Virus record (IMG/VR): IMGVR_UViG_3300037760_000053 | Coordinates: 1-46,928 of that record | Source of the DNA: a virus | Lineage: Duplodnaviria; Caudoviricetes | DNA length: 46,928 bases | Reading direction: 5' to 3' (one strand) | Shown here: positions 1 through 8,200 of the stretch, in pieces | How positions within the stretch are numbered: the first letter of the stretch is position 1 | Layout: every line of letters starts with the position of its first letter | Notes under the pieces: generated by a model | What the model was told of the DNA's origin: nothing | The model's database searches: none | What the model saw: only the letters and a program-made list of their open reading frames with translations | Made by a program: the position numbers and the translations under genes

Positions 1-198
1 TGAGCGGCACAAGGTGTGCTACGTTGTAAGCAATTGCTAACGTTCAAGGTGCTGTTTTGCCAAGTTGTCGGGGGGAGGAATAGCACATGATTTTCGAAGC
101 GGCCCTAATCAGCACGCTGTGCCTAGGGATGGCCTTCGCCTGCGCGCGCGGTGCCCTACGAGCTTCCGGCAACCGCCGGGATGGGCTCTTCGCGTTCG
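1..198. repeat. Terminal direct repeat / circular overlap, left copy
   Basis: 1-198 is identical to 46731-46928 except G71 vs A46801. Confidence 0.95.
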
Positions 199-251
199 CT
201 GGGTTCCTCGTGCTGGTTTGGGTGTTCGCGCTTCAGGGGATCTTCAGCTAA
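87..251 (+). CDS. Small 54-aa two-TM membrane protein next to attP (not in ORF track)
   Basis: GGAGG SD 8 nt before ATG. Sequence MIFEAALISTLCLGMAFACARG...GLFAFAGFLVLVWVFALQGIFS. Extended -10 TGCTAACGT at 35-43. Confidence 0.65.
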   Translation: MIFEAALISTLCLGMAFACARGALRASGNRRDGLFAFAGFLVLVWVFALQGIFS

Positions 252-1818
252 TCCAGAACGCGCCGTCTACGCAGTTATGCAGGTGGCGCTTGTCGAACCC
301 GTCGATCGAGCAGTGCGTGTTGAGCCAGGAGCCGACCGGCCCGGTGTACTCGGCGGTGAGCCGTGTCATCGTCCCGGTTTGATACGCGCCCTCGTCGATG
401 CCTGGTGTGTGCGAGTGGCCGATCACGACCTTTGGGCCAATGCGGCGCAGGTTCTTGATCGAGCCTCGGGCGCCGTTCGGTCCTTTGTCACCGTGCAGGC
501 CGCACTCGATACCAGCCACGGTGAAGCTGCCGTTGATCGGCACACACTTCACGCCGGCCGCGCCGCGAGCCTCGACTAGCCGCTGGAAGGGATCGAGCGT
601 CTGCGCGCCCGTCTCCGTCATGCGCGTCGTGCGTAGCATGGCGAGGGCCGTCTCTAGGTAGAACTCGGCGTTCACCGGGTCGCGCTTCCAATCCTCGCGG
701 ATCACCCAGCGCTTCAGCATGTCGTCGTGGTTTGAGGGCACGATGACGTTCTCGCGCCCGGCCCCGAGTTCCAGCATCCAGTCGATCGTCGCGCGCACCT
801 CGCGGCGCATGTCGTCGTAGCCTGACTGTCGCTTCGCGTAGGCGATGAACGGGTTACCCTGGTGGTGTGGGCTCCCTGCGTACCCATCGAGCAGGTCGTG
901 CCACACGAGCCGTTTAGGATCGAGCAGCGGCACGAGGTCGTCGAAGGTCGCCCGCACCACAGCGGGGTCCGCGAAGCGCCAGTGTGCGTCGCCAAAGATG
1001 ATCGCTTCGCACGGCGGCGCATCTTCGACGCGGCCGTCTGCGTAGTAGGCGTACTCCAGGTCGATGAAGCCGCCGTGCTTCTCGGAGTAGTTGAGTTGTC
1101 GCAGGTGGAACACCTTGCTGTCCTGCACCTCGACGACGACCGCGCCAAGCACATGGTGAAAGTCGCCGAGCTTGCCGACGCGTGAGTCGGTGTAATTGGA
1201 GATGGTCACCGCGCCGGTCGTCGTAAGGATCTTTGGAAGCCGGCTCTGTGGCGTTGGCACACAGCGCAGTTGCAACTTAGGGTGACCGAAGATGCCAGAC
1301 TCCGCGTGCGTGATCCCTTCGAGCCCAGTCAGCGGTGCGCTGTTCGTGGGTTGGATCTTGAAGTCGCCGATCAGCTGCACGTTCTTGTTGAGCGCGCGCC
1401 GCTGGTTGTAGAGGTAGGGCTGCACCTCTGTAGCCCATGCCTCGTTGTTCTCCTGTGATGCAGACCAATAGCTCGTTGGGTTCTTGTACCGTCCCGGGAT
1501 TACGATCAACTCGGCGCCGAGGTGCCCACAATACGTGAGCAGTGCCGCCAGGAAGTCGCGGTGCACGGGCGTCGCGTTCTGCGCCCAGGTCACCACGAAC
1601 CGCCGACCGCTCAGCTTGCGCTTGAACTGTGGATTTCGATCACCCTTCTTCGCCCGGCCTGCCTGATCACGGTATGGCACGTCTGGGTTCGTAGTCTCAT
1701 AGCACGGTTTGCGGTCCCCTGTGCCCTCGCGGCAGCTCCAGCGCTGTTTCCCGGCGGGCGTCTTGCCGGCGTGTCTCAACGTAATCCGCTTACACTTCGG
1801 ACAACGGCGGTTTGCCAA
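244..1818 (-). CDS. T5 A1-like calcineurin-like metallophosphoesterase/nuclease with N-terminal Zn ribbon
   Basis: Motifs GDAH, HDLLDG, SNHDD, LHGD, GHSH. AQNATPVH and TTGA.T..NY blocks resemble A1-like phage proteins. N-terminal CPKC..GKTPAGKQRWSC is InsA-like. TTG start with AGGGAG SD. Confidence 0.75.
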   Translation of the reverse strand: MANRRCPKCKRITLRHAGKTPAGKQRWSCREGTGDRKPCYETTNPDVPYRDQAGRAKKGDRNPQFKRKLSGRRFVVTWAQNATPVHRDFLAALLTYCGHLGAELIVIPGRYKNPTSYWSASQENNEAWATEVQPYLYNQRRALNKNVQLIGDFKIQPTNSAPLTGLEGITHAESGIFGHPKLQLRCVPTPQSRLPKILTTTGAVTISNYTDSRVGKLGDFHHVLGAVVVEVQDSKVFHLRQLNYSEKHGGFIDLEYAYYADGRVEDAPPCEAIIFGDAHWRFADPAVVRATFDDLVPLLDPKRLVWHDLLDGYAGSPHHQGNPFIAYAKRQSGYDDMRREVRATIDWMLELGAGRENVIVPSNHDDMLKRWVIREDWKRDPVNAEFYLETALAMLRTTRMTETGAQTLDPFQRLVEARGAAGVKCVPINGSFTVAGIECGLHGDKGPNGARGSIKNLRRIGPKVVIGHSHTPGIDEGAYQTGTMTRLTAEYTGPVGSWLNTHCSIDGFDKRHLHNCVDGAFWIS

Positions 1819-1847
1819 CTCGTGCTCCCTGCAGTTGCGAGTGCTTC

Positions 1848-1875
1848 AGATTAGCAGATGCTAAACTAGAGTCAA
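1848..1875 (-). promoter_or_regulatory. Sigma70-like promoter with overlapping operator for the A1-like gene
   Basis: TTGACT-N16-TAATCT on the minus strand, containing the palindrome at 1851-1864. Confidence 0.7.
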
Positions 1876-1880
1876 TGCCC

Positions 1881-2222
1881 CTACTTCCCGGCGGTGCGCA
1901 TTCGCGCGATCGCGACGACCAGGCCGACGACCGAGATGGCAACTCCCGCGTAGCGCTCTGCGATGAGGTCGTTGAGGATTTCTGGGTTAGCCTGTATCCA
2001 GGCGCCCGCCGCGATGATAAGGCCGGCCACGCCCATCGTGGTGGACTTCAGGGAGCCCTTGGCTTTGGCGACGAGGAATTTCTTGAGTGCGTCCATGATT
2101 ACTTTCTCCAGGTCTATGGTTGATGGTTTGGGGGCGGCCTTCTTGCGCCGGCCGAAGATACGCTTGCCGATCTCATGCTTCCGCCAGAACTTGGCGCCGA
2201 CAAGCACTAGTTTCAGGTTCAC
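1881..2222 (-). CDS. Putative holin (2 TM); alternative starts GTG 2222 and ATG 2096
   Basis: Two hydrophobic segments and a basic C-terminus, immediately after the endolysin. GGAG SD precedes both starts. Confidence 0.6.
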   Translation of the reverse strand: MNLKLVLVGAKFWRKHEIGKRIFGRRKKAAPKPSTIDLEKVIMDALKKFLVAKAKGSLKSTTMGVAGLIIAAGAWIQANPEILNDLIAERYAGVAISVVGLVVAIARMRTAGK

Positions 2223-2632
2223 GGGACATACTCCATGATCTCGAAATGCGGCATGTCGATGAGCCGCTCGTCGGCCGTCCGTCGATCCTGATCCCAGTCG
2301 CCGCCCCACCGGGTGCGGAGCCCTTGCTCGTGGGCGACCCGCTCGACGTACCCCGCGAGGCGCGCGAACGCGGCCGTGTCCGTCCAATCGATCTTCACGT
2401 CAGGCAAGTAAGGCGCGATGTCGACCGCCAGCGACGGCAGCGCGTTGTGCTTGCTGCGCGGCCACTGGACGGTGCTGCGCCCGGTGCGGTAGGCTTCGTC
2501 CTGCTCGTCTTTCCCGCGATGCCCGCACAGGATGCTGATGTCGACATGCTTGATTACCTCGCGCATGACACGCTGAAGCCGCTCGTCGCAGGTTGACAAC
2601 CGCTGCTCAGAGAGTCGTGAAAACTTTGGCAT
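2219..2632 (-). CDS. Endolysin, M15-family (L-Ala-D-Glu-type) peptidase
   Basis: SKHN...AVD...WGGDW...DMPHFE Zn-ligand pattern. GAGGT SD. Confidence 0.9.
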   Translation of the reverse strand: MPKFSRLSEQRLSTCDERLQRVMREVIKHVDISILCGHRGKDEQDEAYRTGRSTVQWPRSKHNALPSLAVDIAPYLPDVKIDWTDTAAFARLAGYVERVAHEQGLRTRWGGDWDQDRRTADERLIDMPHFEIMEYVP

Positions 2633-2831
2633 GCACTACCTCATCGAAATTGATTTAGACAGCGCGATCTTTCTGGAGGCCCGCGCCGCGATGCTGCACG
2701 ACGTGCTCGTCGATCTGGCCGAGAACATCCTCAAAAAAGGCCAGTGTTGGGAAGGGACCATCGCCGACCCAAACGGTGAGCACATCGGCGTTTGCACTAC
2801 ACTAGAAGAACCGGACGGGCCACCGCGATGA
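2631..2831 (+). CDS. Small hypothetical protein, antisense to the late operon
   Basis: 66-aa protein-like ORF (IEIDLDSAIF...GTIADPNGEHIG) filling the gap between tailspike and endolysin. No plausible minus-strand ORF there. Confidence 0.5.
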   Translation: MHYLIEIDLDSAIFLEARAAMLHDVLVDLAENILKKGQCWEGTIADPNGEHIGVCTTLEEPDGPPR

Positions 2832-5196
2832 ACGCATCAGTGCGGTAGCCGCTGGCTTCGTACACTCGGAATAGGGTGTCGACCACCTTCCTCACGATCG
2901 GTTGAGCGCCGACGACAGCGTTGTACACTTCGATGGCCCGCGAGCCTGATGTGATCGTGCGTGATTTATGAATGAACCTCCGGCCCGCGATGCCTTCCGC
3001 CAAAGTCACGGTGAACATGCTGTTATTCGATATCGGGTCAGACACAGACCAGCTGGGATCGTCAAACGTAGCGACACGCCCGCCCCACGTAGCGAAGGCG
3101 TTGAGCCCGTGGCCGAGCACGTACACAGTGTCGCCCGCCTCCGGCGTCGGTACATCCTCAGAATCTTCGTAGGCGTAGTCGACCGCCTCGACGGGTTCTT
3201 GAACCGCAGTATGGTGAACCGACACCTCCCACCCCCATCCACGAAGGCCCGTCTCTACTGGGTCCGGCAGGTCAACATTCCTAAACGATGACGTGTTGAA
3301 CGTCAGTGAGCGCACAAAGGGCGCCTGGATGATGCTCTCTTGCTTCTCCACGGATACCTCGCCGACTCGCACGGTGCCGGTCGCACCGAATAGTGAGAGT
3401 CGAATGTTCGCCCGCGAACCGTGGCCGGTTACTAAAACAGCTTCCGTTTCCGCGTAGCCGCTGGTCACTTGGTAAGGCGCATCAACCTCGAGGTATGTGT
3501 TTTCAATGGAGCTTTGGTGCTGGCAGGTGATAGTCGCCTCTGTGTCCGCGGCGAACGTCCTCATACTCACGATTAGCCCGTCCGTGGCGTTCCCCGCGCC
3601 TGTCAGTTCCACGTCGATCTTGTAGCGGACACGGACCTTGTAGCGGCTGAATGGTTGCACGGCGAACTGGCGCGTCGTGAAATTCGTGTTATGATTTGAA
3701 CGGTCTGCGACGGTCGTGAGCACGACACAACGGTCGGCCCCGTGCAGCGTATCTGTCGCGCTGAACTCGGCAGTGTCGCCGCTGTTAGTCGTGAACGCGC
3801 CCTCGGCCACGTCGAACCGATGGTTGTTATACACCTGGCCGGTGACCGTCGTACGGTAAGGGCCGACCTGCACGCCGGTGCGGGCGCACAGCTCGAGGAT
3901 CTGCTCAAGCTCGGAGGTCAACAGCCACGGCACCACGGAACCTATGTCAGACGCGTGCACCTCGTGCGCGTACAGCAATAGCCAGCCGCCGGCCGACCGG
4001 ACGCCCTGCACCAGGTCGAGCACCCGCTGGATGTTGACGCTCGAAGTGTCCACCACTTGCGCGCTGTGCATCAGCTCGTCTGGGTCGAAGAACGAGCCCA
4101 TAAATCTGGCGTCCCCGACTCCCGACGCGGCGCCGTTGATCGTGCGGAACCGCTCGAACGCATAGCCAAATCCTTGCCTTCTTATAGGGTCGTTGTCTTG
4201 CAGCCCGCCGCGGAACACCGCGCTCGTGACTTTGTAGTCGGCCAGGTCGGGGCGGACTATCGTACCGGGCGAATACACTGCGCTAGGGTTCGGGGGGTCG
4301 CTGTGGGTAATGACCGTCTCGCCGGTCAACAGTTCTACAAACAACTCGTTCTGTGCTTGCACGTCAGACACCAGTTCGTCTTCGTCGGCGAGCGCGCCCG
4401 CGTCTAACAGCGGGTGGTTAGCGAACTCCCAACCAGCGTCGATCATCTCGCGTATTTGTTCAATGCTGAGCACCGGATGGATGTCATAGTCTGAGGTACC
4501 CGCGTAGCGGCCCGCGTTGATCTTCTCAAACTCCATCGCGACGGTTCCAGTGAACCCATACTTCTGGAACAACGGGAACGCTTGTGTGTAAACGCCTTCA
4601 TAGCCGTCGTCAAATATGATGCCGATCTGCGCAACGTTCGGCCGGTTGACTTGTGTCACGTCGACATTGTTGACGGTTGTCGGGATCGGCGAGTCGACGA
4701 GCGTCGGGTTACCGTCGTTGTCGAACACGATCGCTTTACCTGCGCGTTGCTCGGCCGTGCCGAGATCGAGCGCCGGTGAATCGTCCGACGCTGATACAAT
4801 CAGCGCCCGCTCGAGCAACTCCTCCAGCTGCTGAATCGAGATCACACTCGCGTCGAGCCGGTCCTCGATCGTCTTTGGGAAGAACCCGCCGCCGTTCGTC
4901 AATTCGGTGCCTTGCTCGGTCTCCTGGGCAGACACGATCGTCAGCTTCTGGCCGGTCGCGATGGGCGTGCCCGAGATGGGGCACGTCACGCTGCCACCAG
5001 GGGCGGCCTCCTGGTCACCGTTGAGCGTGACGCTGTAGTCATTGTCGAGCGTTAGCTCGGTGTCGACGCCCGCGGCGTTCGTCAGGATGACCTTCAAATC
5101 TTCCTCGGCGAACACCTTGAACGTGAACGGGAACGATGTGGTCGAGTCGTTCCCGAGGAACGGCCCGGCCTTGCGGAATGTGCTTTGGACAGTCAT
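2797..5196 (-). CDS. Tail fibre/spike with polysaccharide deacetylase (NodB-like) and CBM-like domains
   Basis: Podophage fibre anchor N-terminus (GNDSTTSFPFTFKVF...IEDRLD). IIFDDG, GWEFANH and LLLYAHEV deacetylase motifs. Beta-rich C-terminal half. Confidence 0.8.
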   Translation of the reverse strand: MTVQSTFRKAGPFLGNDSTTSFPFTFKVFAEEDLKVILTNAAGVDTELTLDNDYSVTLNGDQEAAPGGSVTCPISGTPIATGQKLTIVSAQETEQGTELTNGGGFFPKTIEDRLDASVISIQQLEELLERALIVSASDDSPALDLGTAEQRAGKAIVFDNDGNPTLVDSPIPTTVNNVDVTQVNRPNVAQIGIIFDDGYEGVYTQAFPLFQKYGFTGTVAMEFEKINAGRYAGTSDYDIHPVLSIEQIREMIDAGWEFANHPLLDAGALADEDELVSDVQAQNELFVELLTGETVITHSDPPNPSAVYSPGTIVRPDLADYKVTSAVFRGGLQDNDPIRRQGFGYAFERFRTINGAASGVGDARFMGSFFDPDELMHSAQVVDTSSVNIQRVLDLVQGVRSAGGWLLLYAHEVHASDIGSVVPWLLTSELEQILELCARTGVQVGPYRTTVTGQVYNNHRFDVAEGAFTTNSGDTAEFSATDTLHGADRCVVLTTVADRSNHNTNFTTRQFAVQPFSRYKVRVRYKIDVELTGAGNATDGLIVSMRTFAADTEATITCQHQSSIENTYLEVDAPYQVTSGYAETEAVLVTGHGSRANIRLSLFGATGTVRVGEVSVEKQESIIQAPFVRSLTFNTSSFRNVDLPDPVETGLRGWGWEVSVHHTAVQEPVEAVDYAYEDSEDVPTPEAGDTVYVLGHGLNAFATWGGRVATFDDPSWSVSDPISNNSMFTVTLAEGIAGRRFIHKSRTITSGSRAIEVYNAVVGAQPIVRKVVDTLFRVYEASGYRTDAFIAVARPVLLV

Positions 5197-5218
5197 AACC
5201 CACCTATGTTAGCAGATG

Positions 5219-8200
5219 CTAATCCCGATGCCCAGCGGCGAGCGCCGCGGGGTTCTCCGTGTCGCCCTCCGAGAGCGCCACGACGCCCTCGACCGTCCGC
5301 TGGACCTGCCCAGCGGGGTAGTGGAACAGGATGCCGGCGGTAGCGTTCAGGGCTCTCAGGGCGGCCGCGTCGACCTCCCTCTGCTCGGCCTGCTCGATCA
5401 GCCGGGCGATCTCGTCGAGCCCCCTGAGCCCGGCGGGGCCGCGGTAGGGGAACCCCTCGACCATCCCGCCGAAGTCGCGCGCCCCAATGACGGTCCCCAT
5501 CAGATAGCTGACCTGCGCCTTGGCCATCTTCGCGAGCATCTCGTCATCGTCGTCGCCCCGGCCGAACGCTTCCTTCACGAGCATGCTCAGCACGGCCGGG
5601 ATGCTGAACAGGAGCAGGTAGTCGACGGCCAGGCGGCCGACGTCGGCCGGCTTCTTTTCAGTCTTGAGGATCGACTCGGCCGCCAGGTTGTACGTCGTGT
5701 TGAAGAACGAGTAGAAGTTCGTCCAGAGTTTCATCATGGGTCCGCCCCGTTGGATGCGCGCGAGGTCTTTGATCTGGCCGCCACCCTGCGAATCGAGGAC
5801 AGCCTGATCGGCGAGTGCGATCGCGCGTGCCTCGTCGGTCTCATGGGCCATCGCCTTCTCGTAGGCGCCCAGCCATGTCGGCATGTCGGCCGCCACCTGC
5901 GCCTGCTGGATAAGCCAGAAGAACGACGCCTGCACGCGATCTAACTTGCGCATGCCGCGCACCTCGTTCTGCACCTCGTTGATCTCGCGTTGCATCGTCT
6001 TCGCCCGTAGCCGCATGAAGCTCGACTTCTGCCGGACCCACGCAACGGAGTTCTCCATCCCGCGGGCGCTCCCGAGCCACCGGCCGAGCCCCCTGGCGAC
6101 CCACTCAGGGCCAACGCGCACGATCGACTGTGTGAGCCCGAGCGGCTGCAGCGCGGCCGTCGACATGTTCCACCCGAGGCCGGCGATGGTGGCGCCCGTG
6201 CGGATGTGGTTCAGGCCGGCCTCAAACGAGTCTTGCGCGGGGATGTCTCCGCGGGCCACGTCCTTGAGCGCCTCGCTCATCTGCTTCAGGTACAGGCGTC
6301 CGTGGTGCTCGCGGATGACGCCGTCGAGCGAGCTTAACAGCCTGGTCGCGTCGATCAGATACTCGTGGAAGCTGAGATCGTGGATCACCTGGTTGACGTG
6401 CTCGAACAGCACGCCGAAGTCTTTGCGCATGGGGCGCTTGACCGACTCGACGCGCGCCTTCGTGTGGCCGCGCCGGGTGGTCGCACGCGTATAGAGTCCT
6501 TGCATGGACTGCCGCAAGCTCTCGGCCAGCGTGTCGGCCTCCGCGCGGCTCGAGCGGCGCGTGTCGTACTTGATTGGGTAGTAGCCGCCGCGGTACTCGC
6601 CGAACTTCGTCTGCACGGGGGTCGCCTCGACCTTCTCGGGTGTCAGCCCGGTGACGCGCTTTTCCTTTGCGCTGATCTCTGGCCAGAAGCTATCGACGTG
6701 ATCCCAGACGCTCTGCACGAAATCCCAGTCGTCTTTCGTGAGCGTATCGAGGATCGCGCCAACCTGCGGCTGGCTCCAGCGGTCGCCCTCCATGACGCGC
6801 AGCCGGTTTGTCTCGTTCCCCTGGTTGAGGGCAATCACCAGCCGCCCCTCGCGCGACAGCGAGCGGCCGATCTCTGGGATGTATAGCTTTCGTCTTAGCT
6901 TGCTACCTTTCACAATCGGGCGGAACAAGGCGGTCAATTGCTTGGTGGCTTGCTCACGGGCGACGGCCTCACGGTCGCCCGCCGCATTCAACGGTCGGAT
7001 GAACAGCTCCCATAGGGCGCCGCCATCCTTGAAGCCGTCCATCTGGCGCACGATGCTCGCGAACTTGCGGTGCATCGCGAAGAACTCTTTGACGCCCTCT
7101 TTCAGCCGTGCACCGAACGCATTGTGCTCCAGCTCGTCGGGGATCGTCTTGCGGGCGTTCTCACGGACGGAAGTCTCGGCCGTCTCGACCGCCTCGGCGA
7201 ACTCGCGGTCCTTGACGGCCGTCAGCAATTTCTTCTTGAGCCGACCGAGGTGCTCGATGTTCTTGACCGTGTCGATGAGCCCGCGGAACTCTTCGACGGT
7301 CAGCTCTTTGTACGGCTGCCGGCGCGCTTCCGCGAGGAGCGTCTCGTCGATCGACGGCTCGAAGCCCAGCTCGCGTTGCGACTCGACCCACTCGAGCAAG
7401 CTCTTTCGTTTGGCGGCCGCGCGGGCGGTCGTGCCCTTGCGCAAGTCGAACCGCTCGAGCAGCGAGTCGATCTGCTCCAGGTATTCGCCGTCGAGGTTCT
7501 TGCGGGTGCCCTCGTTCTCGAACTTCTTCAAGAAGCGGAGCCCGCGCTCGATCTCGTTGAGCGCGTCGAACGCAGCGCGGGCCGCCAGTGTGTTGATGAG
7601 CTGGTTGCGCTTCTCAGTGGCAGCCTCAAGCAAGTTACCGGCGACCAGCTCGCGGTCGGCCGCCTTGGCGGCGCGCGTCTCGGCGGCCGTGAACTGGGCC
7701 GGCCGCACGTCGCGGATGCGCCGCCGGGCGATCGTGATGGCCGCGAAATCCTTGGCGGCCTTCAGCATCACGTTGAAGGTGCCGCCGGCCGGCGTGCGCC
7801 CGCGCGCGTTCAGCATGCGGTTGAGCGCGCGGATCTCGGTCGCCACGAAGCGGGCGCGCGCCTCGTTGTGGACGGCCTCGTCGGCGGCCCGCTCGAGGGC
7901 CGCGAAGTCAGTCAGGTCGCCGTACCGCTCGAGCATCTTGCGGTCGGTGACCGCCTCGACGACGGACTCCCGCGGCTCGACCGCGAGGAGCGCGCGCACC
8001 AGGTGATCGCCAGACGTGAAGCCGAACAGCTGGGCGATCGTATCAGGGTGCTGGGTGCCTGTGCCCGACGCGAGCTGCGGCCGCAAGGCCGACCAGTCGA
8101 GCGCGCCAAGTTCGCCCTCGGGGTACATCTCGTTGAGCGCGTCGACCGACAACTTGTGGCCGGCGGTCGCCTTGATGATCTCGCCGTCCTGCTCCATCTC

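Noticed and set aside
107-218. Structured ncRNA (AATCAGCACG/CGTGCTGGTT stem with internal hairpins)
   Set aside because: The region is explained by the 87-251 ORF with a strong SD, and pairing is easy to find at this GC content.
1700-1818. IS1 element (InsA-like N-terminus)
   Set aside because: No InsB/DDE domain or terminal inverted repeats; the ribbon is fused in frame to the phosphoesterase.
2797-5196. BPP-1-type diversity-generating retroelement
   Set aside because: No reverse transcriptase, avd gene or TR/VR repeat pair was seen, despite the BPP-1-like architecture.
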